A program made the translations under genes and the position numbers. A stretch of DNA of 64,000 nucleotides, from NCBI GenBank assembly GCA_039794845.1, contig JAUQVK010000037.1, positions 1 to 64,000 on the forward strand, given 5' to 3'. Under the pieces are notes generated by a model, which was not told where the DNA came from, did no database searches, and saw only the letters and a list, made by a program, of their open reading frames with translations. Shown one piece after another: positions 47,424-59,271 of the stretch. Positions within the stretch are counted from its first letter, which is position 1. Each line of letters starts with the position of its first letter. Source of the stretch: Thermostichus sp. DRC_bins_24. Lineage in GTDB: Bacteria > Cyanobacteriota > Cyanobacteriia > Thermostichales > Thermostichaceae.

Positions 47424-48404
47424 CTAACTGGGCAAAGTTGGGTCCGTTTCCGCCAAGAAGTTGAGCGCCACCGACAAAAAGGCCGACGGCGCTTCGATGT
47501 GGGGGAAAGCCGCCCCGGGCAGGCGGTAAATCGGCACTTCAGGGCGCAGGGCACGATACCGATCCGCTTGTTCTGGAGCCGTGAGACGATTGCACTCCCC
47601 CCAAACCAGGGCCATGGGTTTGGCCACCACCCGAAAATCTTCCTGAATCGGCAAATTCAGCTTGCCCGTTAAGAAGGAGCGTGGGGCAAAGTTGGCCCCC
47701 GCCTGGTGAGCGGCCCGGTAGTAGTAGTCCACCACAGCTTCCTCCAGAGCATAGTCCGGCGAGAACAGGCTTTGTTCCGTAAACAGACGCACACTCCAAG
47801 GGGCGGTAATGCCGTTGTAGAGGGCCAGGCCCACCACAGGCAGGCTGAGCAACCCATAGGCCAACTGGGCCAGCGGGATCCCGACGTTGTCGGGCACCAG
47901 GCTGTTGTCCCCCAGAGGGGCAATCAGAAGGAGTTTACGCCAGTGTTGAGGGGACAGGCGGGCTGAGCGCAGGACAAACCCTGCCGAGAGGGAATTGGCG
48001 ATGACGTGGCAGGGCTGCCGGATCACCTGCGCAACAAAGTCCTCGATCATCTGGGCGTAGAGGTCACCGGTGTATTCCAGATCGGGGCGTTCGGAGTTGC
48101 CCCAGCCCAACAAATCTAGGGCATAAACCTGATAGCGCTGGCCCAGCTCGGCCAGGACGGCACGAAATTCGTAGCTGGAGGAGCCTGCCCCGATTCCGTG
48201 CAGCAACAGCAACGGCTGTCCGGATCCCGTGACTTTGTAAAACAAACGATGACCGCGCCAGAAACAAACTCTTTCTTCTCCCGGCAACAGGCTCTGCAGG
48301 GGCTGCGTCTGGGCGGAGATCCAGGCATTGAGGATGGCCAAGATACCGACGCCCGCAGCCGTGGCCCATAGACCGGTTTTGAGAACTTGGCTCAGCTCTT
48401 TCAT
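47424..48404 (-). CDS. Alpha/beta-fold hydrolase
   Basis: LLLLHGIGAG, DLLGWGNS, nucleophile elbow ANSLS, C-terminal PH. Confidence 0.85.
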   Translation of the reverse strand: MKELSQVLKTGLWATAAGVGILAILNAWISAQTQPLQSLLPGEERVCFWRGHRLFYKVTGSGQPLLLLHGIGAGSSSYEFRAVLAELGQRYQVYALDLLGWGNSERPDLEYTGDLYAQMIEDFVAQVIRQPCHVIANSLSAGFVLRSARLSPQHWRKLLLIAPLGDNSLVPDNVGIPLAQLAYGLLSLPVVGLALYNGITAPWSVRLFTEQSLFSPDYALEEAVVDYYYRAAHQAGANFAPRSFLTGKLNLPIQEDFRVVAKPMALVWGECNRLTAPEQADRYRALRPEVPIYRLPGAAFPHIEAPSAFLSVALNFLAETDPTLPS

Positions 48405-48438
48405 GCTAAGCGGCCCCAGAACAGAGCGGGAGAACTCC

Positions 48439-48663
48439 TCATTTTTTCTTGAGGCGGTAGGTGATGCGCCCTTTGTTCAAATCGTAGGGGCTCAGCTCCA
48501 CCTTGACCCGATCACCGGGCAGGATTTTGATGTAGTTGCGGCGAATTTTGCCGGAGATGTGGGCAAGTACGTTAAAGCCGTTGTCCAGATCAACTCGGAA
48601 CATGGCGTTGGGCAGCGATTCTGTGACCACCCCTTCCATCTCAATGGCATCTTCTTTAGACAA
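48439..48663 (-). CDS. infA: Translation initiation factor IF-1
   Basis: [10 protein letters not shown]...[28 protein letters not shown]. Confidence 0.98.
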   Translation of the reverse strand: MSKEDAIEMEGVVTESLPNAMFRVDLDNGFNVLAHISGKIRRNYIKILPGDRVKVELSPYDLNKGRITYRLKKK

Positions 48664-48743
48664 TGAACCCTCCTAAAAACGACACAACAACACCCTTCAT
48701 CAGACCACTTGACCTCTCCATCCTAGCTTTTGCAGCAAATCCC

Positions 48744-49517
48744 TCAGGATTGGAAGGGGGTACGATCCGTCAAGATTTCTGCCCCAGACTCGGTGACCAA
48801 AACGGTATGTTCAAACTGGGCCGACCAAGCACCATCCACCGTCACCACCGTCCACTGATCCCCCAACACTCGGGTTGCCTCTCCCCCGGCATTCACCATC
48901 GGCTCGATGGCTACGGTCATGCCAGAGCGCAATTTGGGGTTGGGCAGATCGCGGGTGCGGTAGTTGGGGAACTGCGGCTCTTCGTGTAGGTTGCGCCCCA
49001 CCCCATGGCCGACATACTGCTTAACCACCGAGTAGCCCCGCCCCTCGATGTAGTCTTCGATGGCTGCCGAGACATCCTGAAGCAAGATGCCATGGCGCAC
49101 GTGGTCAATACCCGTCTGCAGTGCTTTGGCGGCAGTATCAATCAGATCGCGGGAGGCGTCGCTCAGGGGCTCCAGACCGATGGTGAGACAAGAATCCGCG
49201 TGCCACCCCTCGACAATGGCGCCGAAATCCACCTTGACCACGTCCCCGGCTTGAACCAGCTTGTGGCGGCTTGGGATCCCGTGCACCACTTCGTGGTTAA
49301 CGCTGACACAGACACAGGCGGGAAAGCCGTAGTAGCCCTTAAAGCTAGGTAAGGCGTTCAGTTCCGCCACCCGTTTTTCGGCATAGGCATCGATGTCTGC
49401 AGTGGTCCAGCCCGGTTGCAAACGCTCCGAAATCTCCTGCAGCACCTGCGCCACCACCCGGCCTGCCCGTCGCATTTTCTCTACTTCCCGTCGAGACTTG
49501 ATTTCGATGAGCTGCAT
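48744..49517 (-). CDS. map: Methionine aminopeptidase type I
   Basis: CVSVNHEVVHGIP, VDFG...HADS, GHGVG..LHEEP, AIEPM, SAQFEHT. Start set at ATG 49517. Confidence 0.97.
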   Translation of the reverse strand: MQLIEIKSRREVEKMRRAGRVVAQVLQEISERLQPGWTTADIDAYAEKRVAELNALPSFKGYYGFPACVCVSVNHEVVHGIPSRHKLVQAGDVVKVDFGAIVEGWHADSCLTIGLEPLSDASRDLIDTAAKALQTGIDHVRHGILLQDVSAAIEDYIEGRGYSVVKQYVGHGVGRNLHEEPQFPNYRTRDLPNPKLRSGMTVAIEPMVNAGGEATRVLGDQWTVVTVDGAWSAQFEHTVLVTESGAEILTDRTPFQS

Positions 49518-49567
49518 GCCACGCCGCTGGGATCCCATTTGGGAGGGGTTGCCGGCTCCTGTCCTAA

Positions 49568-50149
49568 TCACGCTATCCTCCCGCAGCCTTGTAGCAGGGC
49601 CTGGAGATGTTCCTGAACCGACTCCATCGATTGGTCGCCGTTTACCCGTTGCAAACGGCCCTTGGCTGCATAAAAGTCGATCAGAGGGGCAGTTTGTTGG
49701 CGGTACACCTGCAACCGCTTCAGGATCACTGCTTCGTTGGCATCGTCGCTGCGCCCCTGCTCCCGTCCACGAGCCAGCAGCCGCGCCACCAACACCTCAT
49801 CCGGCACATCCAGGTTGAGAACGTGATCGTAATCTTGTCCAAGTTCTTTCAGCAGAGCTTCTAGGGCTTCCGCCTGGGGCAGGGTGCGGGGAAAGCCATC
49901 CAAGATCCAACCTTGCTCTGGCGAATGCTGCAGTTGTCCCCTTACCATCTCCACCAGCACCGCATCCGGCACCAGTTCTCCCGCATCCATGTAGACTTTG
50001 GCCTGGGATCCCAGGGGAGTTTGGGCCTTCACCTCCGCTCGCAACAAATCTCCCGTTGAGATTTTGGGCATGTGAAAGGCAGCCGCCAACCGTTCTGCCT
50101 GCGTACCCTTTCCCGCTCCGGGCGGCCCCAAAAAAATTAACCGTGGCAC
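49568..50149 (-). CDS. adk: Adenylate kinase (short, LID-less type)
   Basis: [28 protein letters not shown]. Confidence 0.97.
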   Translation of the reverse strand: MPRLIFLGPPGAGKGTQAERLAAAFHMPKISTGDLLRAEVKAQTPLGSQAKVYMDAGELVPDAVLVEMVRGQLQHSPEQGWILDGFPRTLPQAEALEALLKELGQDYDHVLNLDVPDEVLVARLLARGREQGRSDDANEAVILKRLQVYRQQTAPLIDFYAAKGRLQRVNGDQSMESVQEHLQALLQGCGRIA

Positions 50150-51447
50150 TATTGCTTCACCATCCCTTCGTAGCGTTGCGAGATCACATAGGTTTGGATC
50201 TGCTTGGAGGTCTCAATCGCCACCCCCACCAAGATCAAGAGGGAAGTGGCCCCCAATCCTTGAAAGGTGGTAATGCCGGTTGCCCGTTCCACTGCCGTGG
50301 GAATGATGGCCACAGCACACAGAAACAGCGCCCCCAACAGGGTGAGTCGATTCAGGATTCCTTCGATGTACTCCGCCGTCGCTTTACCAGGACGTACCCC
50401 CGGAATGCTGGCTCCCATCTTCTTCAGATTCTGGGAGAGATCCACCGGGTTGATAATCAAGGAGGTGTAGAAATAGCTGAAGAGGAGGATGAGGACAAAG
50501 TAGACCGGAATATAAAACCAAGAGGTGGGGGCCAAAAGATTCGCCACCTGCACCAAGGTCAAGTTCTGGGTGTACTGGGCCAAGGCCAAGGGCAAAGACA
50601 TCACCGAGTAGGCGAAGATGATCGGCATCACGCCCCCCTGATTTAGCCGTAGGGGCAGGTAGCTTTTCTGCTCACGGAACAACTTGTTGCCCACCTGGCG
50701 TTTGGCGTAGACGATGGGGATCTTGCGGCTGCCCTCTTGGACGAAGACGATACCGACAATGGTGACCAGGAAGATGGCAGTCAAGAGAAGAATGCCACCG
50801 ATGCTGCTGCTATCGGTACGGGCCAAGCTAATGGTTTGCCCTAGAGCTCGAGGCAGGCTGGCGACGATGTTCACAAAGATCAACAGTGAAGGGCCGCTCC
50901 CCACGCCTTTCTCGGTGATCAGTTCCCCCAGCCACATTATGAACATGGATCCCGCTGCCAGGGCCAACGTGGTGGAGGCCATGAAGGCCAATTCGTTGGT
51001 GGTACTGGCAAACTCCCGTACCCAGAAGGAGATGCCAATCCCCTGGATGATGGCCCAGCCCAAGGTAACGTAGCGCGTGTACTGAGAAATCTGTCGCCGT
51101 CCCTGTTCTCCTTCGTTTTTCTGCAGGTTCTCCAAAGCCGGAATGGCCGGGGTGAGCAGCTGCATGATGATCGAAGCGTTGATGAAGGGCAAGATGCCCA
51201 AGGCAAAGATGCCCAGCGCCGAAATCCCTCCGCCCGAGAACACGTCCAACAGCCCAAACACAGGACTGTTGGCGGCTTCGGCGGCAAAACGAGCCCGATC
51301 GATGCCGGGGATCGGAATGTAAATGCCCAGTCGCACCAGCAGCAACAGACCCAGCGTCAGAAACAGCCGACCCCGTAGGCCGGCGGCTTGGGCCATCTGC
51401 ATGAAGGTTTCTTGAGCGGAGGGGGTAGAGCCTCGTGAGTCAACCAT
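50149..51447 (-). CDS. secY: Preprotein translocase SecY
   Basis: [49 protein letters not shown]. Start set at ATG 51447. Confidence 0.98.
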   Translation of the reverse strand: MVDSRGSTPSAQETFMQMAQAAGLRGRLFLTLGLLLLVRLGIYIPIPGIDRARFAAEAANSPVFGLLDVFSGGGISALGIFALGILPFINASIIMQLLTPAIPALENLQKNEGEQGRRQISQYTRYVTLGWAIIQGIGISFWVREFASTTNELAFMASTTLALAAGSMFIMWLGELITEKGVGSGPSLLIFVNIVASLPRALGQTISLARTDSSSIGGILLLTAIFLVTIVGIVFVQEGSRKIPIVYAKRQVGNKLFREQKSYLPLRLNQGGVMPIIFAYSVMSLPLALAQYTQNLTLVQVANLLAPTSWFYIPVYFVLILLFSYFYTSLIINPVDLSQNLKKMGASIPGVRPGKATAEYIEGILNRLTLLGALFLCAVAIIPTAVERATGITTFQGLGATSLLILVGVAIETSKQIQTYVISQRYEGMVKQ

Positions 51448-51554
51448 AGGGAGGGGAACCTCGCGGGAACAGAAGGGCAAGGTGAGCTACTTACCACTCT
51501 ACGCCTCGGGTAGGGCAGTCGGCAAAAGCAAGCGGTCAGTGCCAGGCAGAAAAG

Positions 51555-52007
51555 TTAGGATCCCAGGATTTGCACCTGACCGCCTGCCGCCTCGATCTTG
51601 GCCCGGGCGGCGGAGGTGATGGCAGCAGCGCTGATCGTCAGGGGCACACTCACCTCCCCGTGGCCCAAGATTTTCAGGGGGCCATCGTTGGTGGTGACGA
51701 TCCCCCATTCCATCAGACTTTCCAGAGTCACTTGGCTACCGGAGGGCAGTTCTGCCAAAGCGCGCAGGTTGATCAGGGTGTAAACCGGGCGCGGCGTGTA
51801 GCAAGGGAAATGTTTGAGCTTAGGCACCCGCCGATAAAGGGGGGTTTGACCGCCTTCAAAACCGGGCCGGGTACTGCCCCCTTTGCGGGCCTTTTGCCCA
51901 CGCATCCCCTTGCCGCAGGAGGCTCCCTGGCCGGCAGAGATGCCACGACCCAGCCGCCGCCGTCGCCGAGTTGATCCCGCTTGGGGTTGAATGTCCTTCA
52001 GTCGCAT
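51555..52007 (-). CDS. rplO: 50S ribosomal protein L15
   Basis: [39 protein letters not shown]. Confidence 0.97.
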   Translation of the reverse strand: MRLKDIQPQAGSTRRRRRLGRGISAGQGASCGKGMRGQKARKGGSTRPGFEGGQTPLYRRVPKLKHFPCYTPRPVYTLINLRALAELPSGSQVTLESLMEWGIVTTNDGPLKILGHGEVSVPLTISAAAITSAARAKIEAAGGQVQILGS

Positions 52008-52032
52008 GGTCACCTTGGGTTCACTTGCTGGT

Positions 52033-52569
52033 TCACTTGCTAAATAGGCGGCGCACATCGATATCGCGATCCTGGGCCACCTGTTCAAAGGTTCGCATCC
52101 GCCGCAGCGCATCGACGGTAGCACGGGCGTTGTTGAGGGGGTTGCTGGATCCCAGTTGCTTGGCCAGGCTGTTGCGTACTCCCGCCAATTCCAGAACCGT
52201 ACGCACAGCTCCCCCCGCGATCACCCCCGTACCGGGGGCGGCAGGCATGACCAATACAGCAGCACCTCCACCGCGCCCGCGCATGGGATGGGGAACCGAC
52301 AGGCCATTGGTGAGGGGCACATCGATGAGATGCTTCTTGCCATCCACCCCTCCCTTGCGCACCGCCCCGATTACATCATTGGCCTTGCCCACGCCAACCC
52401 CGACTTGGCCGCGCTCGTTGCCGACCACCACCACAGCTCGGAAGCTCAGCTTTTTGCCACCCTTGACCACCTTGGTAACACGACGGATCTGGATAACCCG
52501 TTCTTGCCACTCGTTCGATTGCTCTTCGCGGTTTTTCTTGCTTCTGCGACGTTCTCTCTGCTCAGCCAT
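52033..52569 (-). CDS. rpsE: 30S ribosomal protein S5
   Basis: [23 protein letters not shown]. Confidence 0.98.
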   Translation of the reverse strand: MAEQRERRRSKKNREEQSNEWQERVIQIRRVTKVVKGGKKLSFRAVVVVGNERGQVGVGVGKANDVIGAVRKGGVDGKKHLIDVPLTNGLSVPHPMRGRGGGAAVLVMPAAPGTGVIAGGAVRTVLELAGVRNSLAKQLGSSNPLNNARATVDALRRMRTFEQVAQDRDIDVRRLFSK

Positions 52570-52676
52570 GTGTATCTGTCCTCAGTGACGGTTGGGATCC
52601 CTACCTTGAATTTGGATGTCTGTGCCAGCTGTTTGCCCCATGGGATCCCCAGGGATCCCGTGGCTCCACTCAACCC

Positions 52677-53045
52677 TTAAAACTGCAAACCTGCCTCTCG
52701 GGCGGCTTCGGCGAGGGCGCGGATGCGTCCGTGATAGAGTTTGCCCCCCCGGTCAAAGACCACCTGCGAAATGCCTACCCGCAAAGCCCGTTCGGCAACC
52801 GAGCGACCAACCAGAGTGGCGGCCTCCTGGGTGGCAGCCCTGATCTCCCCCAACTCCTGCCGCAGTTCGGTGTCAAGGGTAGAGGCCGAAGCCAAGGTAT
52901 GCTGAGCCACATCGTCGATGACCTGGGCATAGATATGTTGGTGGGAGCGAAACACGGCCAAGCGAGGCCGCTCCGCGGTGCCAAAAACTTTGCGACGAAT
53001 CCGCCGGTGGCGACGTTGGGTGGTGGTTTTGCGGTTGGTTTTCAT
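52677..53045 (-). CDS. rplR: 50S ribosomal protein L18
   Basis: [29 protein letters not shown]. Confidence 0.98.
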   Translation of the reverse strand: MKTNRKTTTQRRHRRIRRKVFGTAERPRLAVFRSHQHIYAQVIDDVAQHTLASASTLDTELRQELGEIRAATQEAATLVGRSVAERALRVGISQVVFDRGGKLYHGRIRALAEAAREAGLQF

Positions 53046-53047
53046 GG

Positions 53048-53593
53048 CTATTTCTTCGCTTTCCCAGATTTACCTGCCTTGCGGCGCACTTGTTCCCCTT
53101 GATAACGGATCCCTTTGCCCTTGTAGGGTTCCGGTGGGCGGGTGGCCCGGATCCGTGCGGCGGTGTTCCCCACCAGCTCCTTGTCAATGCCCGAGACCAC
53201 AACCGTGGTGTTGCCCTCGACGGCAATTTGAATCCCGGGGGGGAAGGGGATCTCCACCGGGTTACTGTAACCGACGTTCAAGATCAGCTTGGTGCCCTGG
53301 GTGGAAGCGCGGTAGCCCACACCCACCAGTTCCAGCCTACGTTCAAACCCCTTGGATACCCCATCCACCATGTTGGCGACCAAGGTGCGGCAGAGGCCGT
53401 GCAGTTGGCGGGCAGGCCGAGACTCGTTGACCCGGCTGACCGTGAGCACCTGAGCCTCTCGATCTACAGAAACCAGGGGGGGCAGGCTGCGAGACAGTTG
53501 TCCCTTGGGTCCCTTGACCGAGATCTGCCGGCCTTCGATCTGGATCTCCACCTTGGCAGGAAGGGGAATGGGGCGTCTACCGATACGGGACAT
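53048..53593 (-). CDS. rplF: 50S ribosomal protein L6
   Basis: [21 protein letters not shown]. Confidence 0.98.
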   Translation of the reverse strand: MSRIGRRPIPLPAKVEIQIEGRQISVKGPKGQLSRSLPPLVSVDREAQVLTVSRVNESRPARQLHGLCRTLVANMVDGVSKGFERRLELVGVGYRASTQGTKLILNVGYSNPVEIPFPPGIQIAVEGNTTVVVSGIDKELVGNTAARIRATRPPEPYKGKGIRYQGEQVRRKAGKSGKAKK

Positions 53594-53645
53594 GGGAAAA
53601 CTCCTGACAAGAGTACAATTCAACTCAAGAGATCAATCAAATAGA

Positions 53646-54050
53646 TCAATAGACAAAGCAGAGCACTTCACCGCCGATGCCCTGCTTGCGAGCATCCCGG
53701 TCGGTCATGATGCCACTGGAGGTGGAGATGATGGCGATGCCAATGCCTCCGAGCACACGGGGCAGCTCCTTGTGATTGCGATACACCCGCAGCCCCGGCC
53801 GACTCACCCGCTTCAGGCCGTTGATGATCGGCTTACGACCTTTGCCCTTGTACTTCAGCCGCAAGGTGAGCTGAGCCTGGATCCCTTCTCCCTCTTCTTT
53901 CCACTCGCTCACAAAACCTTCCTCGTAAAGGACGCGAGCGATGCTGCGAGTCATGCGAGTTGCTGGGATCGCCACCGACTCGTGCCGAGCCATCGTGGCG
54001 TTGCGAATGCGGGTGAGCATATCGGCGATCGTGTCGTTGGTGTGGGCCAT
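53646..54050 (-). CDS. rpsH: 30S ribosomal protein S8
   Basis: [27 protein letters not shown]. Confidence 0.98.
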   Translation of the reverse strand: MAHTNDTIADMLTRIRNATMARHESVAIPATRMTRSIARVLYEEGFVSEWKEEGEGIQAQLTLRLKYKGKGRKPIINGLKRVSRPGLRVYRNHKELPRVLGGIGIAIISTSSGIMTDRDARKQGIGGEVLCFVY

Positions 54051-54136
54051 GGGTGGGTCGGTACTCCTCAGGAGATCGATTCAGGTCAGTAGAGGCGGTG
54101 CACAAGCACACCAGGAGGGGACAAGAAGGCAAAACT

Positions 54137-54679
54137 CTAAGAGGTAAAGGGCATGCCGAACTCCTTGAGCAGGGCACGTCCCTCCTCATCGGATTTGGCA
54201 GTGGTCACGATCGAGATATCCATGCCCCGCAGCTGATCCACAGAGTCGTAGCTGATTTCCGGAAAAATCAGTTGCTCACGGATACCGAGGGTGTAGTTCC
54301 CCCGCCCATCGAAAGCTTTGGGGCTAACGCCTCGAAAGTCGCGGATACGGGGGAGAGCAACATTGATCAAGCGGTCAAGAAAGGCATACATGCGTTCCCG
54401 CCGCAGGGTCACCATCAAACACCCCCGCATGCCCTTACGGATTTTGAAGCTGGCAATCGCCTTTTTGGCGCGGGTAATCACCGGACGCTGGCCTGTGATG
54501 GTACTGATCTCAGCAATGGAGGACTCCAAAGCCTTGGCGTTTTGAGAGGCATCTCCAAGGCCACGGTTGACCACGATCTTCTCAAGGCGGGGCACCTGAT
54601 GAATGTTGGTGTACCCCAGCTCCTTTTGGAGTTTGGGAAGAATAACTTGGGTGTAGTGGGTTTGTAGGCGTTGAGGCAT
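54137..54679 (-). CDS. rplE: 50S ribosomal protein L5
   Basis: [30 protein letters not shown]. Confidence 0.98.
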   Translation of the reverse strand: MPQRLQTHYTQVILPKLQKELGYTNIHQVPRLEKIVVNRGLGDASQNAKALESSIAEISTITGQRPVITRAKKAIASFKIRKGMRGCLMVTLRRERMYAFLDRLINVALPRIRDFRGVSPKAFDGRGNYTLGIREQLIFPEISYDSVDQLRGMDISIVTTAKSDEEGRALLKEFGMPFTS

Positions 54680-54741
54680 GGGAGGGTTCTCCTTACGGCT
54701 CTGGGCTGGGTCAGAGCCAAACCAATAAAAAGGAATCTTGC

Positions 54742-55140
54742 TTAGTCGAGGATCTCGCCGGTTTTCTTGAGAACACGGACTTTACGGCCATCGGCAGTGA
54801 TTTGGTAGCCAATGCGGCTGGCCACTTCCTGCTTTTTGGAATAGGCCATCACCTTGCAGACAGGAATGGGAGCTTCTTTGGTTTCGATCCTGCCGCTTTC
54901 CCCCTCCCGCTGTGGTTTGCGGTGGTAGGTAACGATGTTCACCCCCTCCACCAAGACCATGTTGCGTTCAGGGAAGGCCCGCAGCACCTCGCCAATTTTG
55001 CCTTTGTCATCCCCAGAGATCACCTGTACCGTATCGCCCTGTTTGATGCGCATCTTGTAGCGCAACCCGTTGCGGTGCTTGCGAATGCCAGAGCGTTCGG
55101 TCAATCGCCGAATCTGGCTGGGTTTGAGAGGACGAGCCAT
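54742..55140 (-). CDS. rplX: 50S ribosomal protein L24
   Basis: KOW motif [20 protein letters not shown]. Confidence 0.96.
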   Translation of the reverse strand: MARPLKPSQIRRLTERSGIRKHRNGLRYKMRIKQGDTVQVISGDDKGKIGEVLRAFPERNMVLVEGVNIVTYHRKPQREGESGRIETKEAPIPVCKVMAYSKKQEVASRIGYQITADGRKVRVLKKTGEILD

Positions 55141-55508
55141 TACAGTACCTCCGGGGCAAGCGAGACGATCTTGGTGTAGTTTTTCTCGCGCAGTTCACGG
55201 GCTACTGGGCCAAAGACCCGTGTTCCGCGTGGATTGCCTTCGTTGTTGATGATTACGGCGGCGTTGTCGTCGAAGCGGATGCACATACCATCAGGGCGAC
55301 GTACCGTATCGACGGTGCGGATGACGACGGCCTTGACGACATCCGATTTCTTCACAGGCATATTGGGCAGGGCATCCTTGACGACCCCGATGATCACATC
55401 CCCCAAGCTGGCGTAGCGACGGCCACTGCTACCCAGGACGCGGATGCACATCATCTTGCGTGCCCCGGTGTTGTCGGCCACCGTCAACATGGTTTGCTGC
55501 TGAATCAT
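55140..55508 (-). CDS. rplN: 50S ribosomal protein L14
   Basis: [31 protein letters not shown]. Confidence 0.98.
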   Translation of the reverse strand: MIQQQTMLTVADNTGARKMMCIRVLGSSGRRYASLGDVIIGVVKDALPNMPVKKSDVVKAVVIRTVDTVRRPDGMCIRFDDNAAVIINNEGNPRGTRVFGPVARELREKNYTKIVSLAPEVL

Positions 55509-55756
55509 AGTTTCTTCACCTCCCGCAGAATCTCAGCCACCTGCCAACGCTTGGTTCGACTAAGGGGACGGGTTTCGGTGATCCGCACGAGATCCCCCTC
55601 TTGACAGCGGTCTTCTTCGTCATGGGCTTTGAATCGCTTGGTTTTGACGACGATTTTGCCGTACTTGCTGTGGGCAACCCGATCTTCAACGGCAACGACC
55701 ACTGTTTTTTGCATCTTGTTGCTGACGACAATGCCAATCTTTTCTCGAACAGCCAT
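55505..55756 (-). CDS. rpsQ: 30S ribosomal protein S17
   Basis: [25 protein letters not shown]. Confidence 0.98.
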   Translation of the reverse strand: MAVREKIGIVVSNKMQKTVVVAVEDRVAHSKYGKIVVKTKRFKAHDEEDRCQEGDLVRITETRPLSRTKRWQVAEILREVKKL

Positions 55757-55977
55757 CAGTTCTTCTCCTCTGGGCGCTCGCCCCGCTTGCGTTCCCCTTC
55801 AACCGTCAACAACTGGGCCAGTTTGTGTTTGCGCAAGCGAATCAAATGGGGTTGATTCAACTGTCGTGTGGCCAGCTGTAGGCGCAGCTCAAACAACTCT
55901 TTCTTAACTGTGTAGATCTCGTTGCTCAACTCTTCGTCAGACAGGGCACGGGCATCGGCAATTTTGGGCATCGGCAT
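55756..55977 (-). CDS. rpmC: 50S ribosomal protein L29
   Basis: [17 protein letters not shown]; operon position. Confidence 0.96.
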   Translation of the reverse strand: MPMPKIADARALSDEELSNEIYTVKKELFELRLQLATRQLNQPHLIRLRKHKLAQLLTVEGERKRGERPEEKN

Positions 55978-55982
55978 AACAG

Positions 55983-56456
55983 TTACTCTCCTTGGGCAGT
56001 AGCAGCGAGTTCTGCAGCAGCGTCTTTACCGGAGGCTTCTTCCGCAAAATCAGCCTTGGTGACGAACTTTACTTTGATCGGCAGCTTCTGGGCGGCAAGG
56101 CGCATCGCTTCGCGAGCAATCGGTTCTGCCACTCCCCCCATCTCGAAGAGGATACGGCCCGGCTTGACGACACAGACCCAAAACTCGGGGTTGCCCTTAC
56201 CGGATCCCATCCGTGTTTCGGCGGCCCGCTGGGTGACGGGCTTGTCGGGGAAGATGCGAATCCAGATCTGACCACCACGGCGGACGTAGCGGGTCATGGC
56301 ACGACGGCTGGCCTCAATTTGCCGGGCGGTGATCCAGCAGGGTTCGGTGGCCACCAGGGCGTACTCCCCAAAGTTAATGCGGTTACCTCGGGTGGCTTTG
56401 CCTTTCATGCGCCCGCGCTGTTGCTTGCGGTATTTGGTCCGTTTGGGGCTTAACAT
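55983..56456 (-). CDS. rplP: 50S ribosomal protein L16
   Basis: [23 protein letters not shown]. Confidence 0.98.
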   Translation of the reverse strand: MLSPKRTKYRKQQRGRMKGKATRGNRINFGEYALVATEPCWITARQIEASRRAMTRYVRRGGQIWIRIFPDKPVTQRAAETRMGSGKGNPEFWVCVVKPGRILFEMGGVAEPIAREAMRLAAQKLPIKVKFVTKADFAEEASGKDAAAELAATAQGE

Positions 56457-56500
56457 GGCCGTTCCTCAACTGTGAACCGATATCCCTAGGAGTGAAATCC

Positions 56501-57247
56501 TCAAGCATCTGCTGCCGAGCGGTCTTCAAAGGTGGGGCGCCGCCGTTGTTGCCGCCGCTTGGGCTGTTGCAGCGGGGCTTTTTGCTCCGGTCGCTCTTGG
56601 CCGGGAAGCACTTCGCCTTTGAAGATCCAAACCTTGACCCCGATGATGCCGAAGGTGGTGCGGGCAACATGCTCGGCATAGTCGATATCCGCCCGCAAGG
56701 TATGCAGAGGGATCCGCCCTTCTCGAGTCCACTCGCTGCGAGCAATTTCGGCCCCGTTGAGTCGCCCGGCAATTTGGATTTTGATCCCTTGCACACCCGC
56801 CCGCTGAGCCCGTTGAATCACCTGACGCACAATGCGACGAAAGGCAATCCGCCGTTCCAACTGTTGAGCGATGTTTTCCGCCAGCAGGGCCGCTTCCGCA
56901 TCAGCGCGCGCTACCTCCACCACATTGATGCGGATCGTCCGCTCGGTGCCGCCCTGTAGGCCAAGTTCCTTTTGCAGACCTTGGCGCAGTGCCTCCAGGC
57001 CGGTTCCTCCTCGACCCACCACCACTCCCGGACGAGAGGCCCGAACTTCTAGGTCAATTTGATCCGCTTTACGCTCAATTTGAATATCCGCCAAACCGGC
57101 ACTGCTCAGCTGCTTGGTTAGGTAGGTGCGAATGTGCTCGTCCTCCCGCAGCAAAGCTGGGTAGTGAGCCGGATCGGCAAACCAGCGGCTGCGATGGTCT
57201 TTAATCACGCCGAGGCGAAAACCGTTGGGGTGGATCTTCTGTCCCAT
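56501..57247 (-). CDS. rpsC: 30S ribosomal protein S3
   Basis: [34 protein letters not shown]. Confidence 0.98.
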   Translation of the reverse strand: MGQKIHPNGFRLGVIKDHRSRWFADPAHYPALLREDEHIRTYLTKQLSSAGLADIQIERKADQIDLEVRASRPGVVVGRGGTGLEALRQGLQKELGLQGGTERTIRINVVEVARADAEAALLAENIAQQLERRIAFRRIVRQVIQRAQRAGVQGIKIQIAGRLNGAEIARSEWTREGRIPLHTLRADIDYAEHVARTTFGIIGVKVWIFKGEVLPGQERPEQKAPLQQPKRRQQRRRPTFEDRSAADA

Positions 57248-57288
57248 GGTGGTGTCGGTTGAAGGGTAAAGGTCTGAGAAGGAGGAGT

Positions 57289-57660
57289 TTAGGAGGCCGT
57301 TGCCGCTTCAGCTTCCATGGGCCGGACGGCAATGGTGATGTGACAGGTGCGCTTGCGAATTGGGTAGGCCCGACCCTGGGCACGGGGGCGAAACCGCTTC
57401 AACACGGGCCCCTGATCGGCATAGGCTTGGCTGATGACCAGATCCCGTGGATCCAGGCCGTTGTTGTGTTCTGCATTGGCTACGGCCGAGCGCAGCACCT
57501 TACGGATCGGCTCACAGGCGGCATAGGGCATGAACTCCAATAGGATCAAGGCGTCGGCATAGGTACGCCCACGGATCTGATCCAGCACCCGACGCACCTT
57601 AAAGGGGGACATGCGGATGTAGCGGGCTACCGCTTTGATGTCAGATGACGAATCAGCCAT
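57289..57660 (-). CDS. rplV: 50S ribosomal protein L22
   Basis: [24 protein letters not shown]. Confidence 0.97.
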   Translation of the reverse strand: MADSSSDIKAVARYIRMSPFKVRRVLDQIRGRTYADALILLEFMPYAACEPIRKVLRSAVANAEHNNGLDPRDLVISQAYADQGPVLKRFRPRAQGRAYPIRKRTCHITIAVRPMEAEAATAS

Positions 57661-57702
57661 AACGCTCTCCTGTTGGATCACTCTCCCAATCGGTTGCTCT
57701 GT

Positions 57703-57984
57703 TCAACGACGAGATGCCTTCTTGTCGCTACCCGCGTGGCCGCGGAAGGTTCTTGTGGGAACGAATTCCCCCAGTTTGTGGCCCACCATCTGATCGGTAA
57801 TGAACAAGGGCACATGTTGCTTGCCGTTGTGAACCGCGATGGTATGGCCGATCATCACAGGCAGAATGGTGCTGGCCCGCGACCAAGTCTTCAACATCTG
57901 CTTCTCATTGCGCTCGTTCATCTTCTCCACCTTGAGAAGCAGTTTGGCATCGACAAAAGGGCCTTTTTTCAGTGAACGTCCCAT
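57703..57984 (-). CDS. rpsS: 30S ribosomal protein S19
   Basis: [28 protein letters not shown]. Confidence 0.98.
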   Translation of the reverse strand: MGRSLKKGPFVDAKLLLKVEKMNERNEKQMLKTWSRASTILPVMIGHTIAVHNGKQHVPLFITDQMVGHKLGEFVPTRTFRGHAGSDKKASRR

Positions 57985-58033
57985 GAGAACCTCGAAAGTC
58001 AAAGCAAGCAAAAACAACAGTAGAAGAAGGGTT

Positions 58034-58918
58034 TTACTGGGCAGCCCGTCCGCCCTTGTTGCGGCGACCACCCCGACGCCGTCCCCGCACCACCAGTTTG
58101 TTGCTGGCCTTGTTGCGCTTGCGCGTCTTGTAGCCCAGGGTGGGTTTGCCCCAGGGGGTGACAGGGCCGCTGCGACCGATGGGGGCCCGCCCTTCCCCAC
58201 CGCCATGGGGGTGATCCACCGGGTTCATCACCGAACCGCGAACCTTCGGGCGGCGACCCAACCAACGGCTGCGCCCCGCCTTGCCAAGGCTGAGGTTGCT
58301 GTGATCGACGTTGCCCACTTGGCCGATGGTGGCGTAGCATTCCGCCCGAATCATGCGCACCTCCCCAGAGGGCAGCTTCAGAGAGACATACTTGCCCTCT
58401 TTGGCCACCACTTGGGCTCCGGCCCCTGCAGCCCGCACAATTTGCCCGCCCCGACCGGGATACAGCTCGACATTGTGAACGACGGTTCCCAACGGGATCC
58501 GCTCTAGGGCCATGGCGTTGCCGACCTCGAAAGGTGCATCGGGGCCTGCGATGATGGTGGTGCCAACTTCCAAATAGCGGGGGGCAAGAATGTAGCGCTT
58601 CTCGCCGTCTTCGTACTGCACCAAGGAGATGCGGGCATTGCGATTGGGATCATACTCGACGGTTTTCACTAGAGCAGGGATCCCACGCTTATCCCGGCGA
58701 AAATCGATGAGGCGATAAAGCTGCTTGTGGCCACCGCCGCGCCGCCGACTGGTGATGATGCCGCGGTTGTTACGCCCCTTTTTGCGATGAATGAACTGCA
58801 GCAGAGACTTTTCCGGTCGGTGCCGCTTGCCATTTTCATCCCGAGACAGCTCCTCAAAGTCAGAGACCGTCATCTGGCGGGTGCTGGGGGTGTAAGGTCG
58901 GAAGGTACGAATGCCCAT
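58034..58918 (-). CDS. rplB: 50S ribosomal protein L2
   Basis: [25 protein letters not shown]. Confidence 0.98.
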   Translation of the reverse strand: MGIRTFRPYTPSTRQMTVSDFEELSRDENGKRHRPEKSLLQFIHRKKGRNNRGIITSRRRGGGHKQLYRLIDFRRDKRGIPALVKTVEYDPNRNARISLVQYEDGEKRYILAPRYLEVGTTIIAGPDAPFEVGNAMALERIPLGTVVHNVELYPGRGGQIVRAAGAGAQVVAKEGKYVSLKLPSGEVRMIRAECYATIGQVGNVDHSNLSLGKAGRSRWLGRRPKVRGSVMNPVDHPHGGGEGRAPIGRSGPVTPWGKPTLGYKTRKRNKASNKLVVRGRRRGGRRNKGGRAAQ

Positions 58919-58971
58919 GGTTGGAGTGGAGGTGGGGGACTCAGTTCAAGCAATTGGGGAGAGGAAACGGC

Positions 58972-59271
58972 TTAGCTATCGGGGAAGAGGGTGATGGAAT
59001 CGCCTTCCGCCAAGGTGACGATCGCCCGCTTGGGGCGCGTACGATAGCCGATGAAACGACCGACCCGCCGTTGCTTACGGGCTGGCTGCAAGGTGTTAAC
59101 GGCGGTGACCCGCACCCCAAACATCTCTTCGACCGCAGCCCGGATCAGCGGCTTAGTGGCAGTGGGCATCACCTCGAAGGTGTACTTGCCTTGCTCCATC
59201 AGCACCGTTGCTTTTTCCGTGACGATCGGGCGCAACAACACGTCCGCCAAGATCCGCTTGCTCTCAGTCAT
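58972..59271 (-). CDS. rplW: 50S ribosomal protein L23
   Basis: [15 protein letters not shown]. Confidence 0.97.
   Translation of the reverse strand: MTESKRILADVLLRPIVTEKATVLMEQGKYTFEVMPTATKPLIRAAVEEMFGVRVTAVNTLQPARKQRRVGRFIGYRTRPKRAIVTLAEGDSITLFPDS

Noticed and set aside
52570..54136. Absence of rpsN and rpmD from the spc block, and of rpsJ before rplC
   Set aside because: This is the usual arrangement in cyanobacteria.
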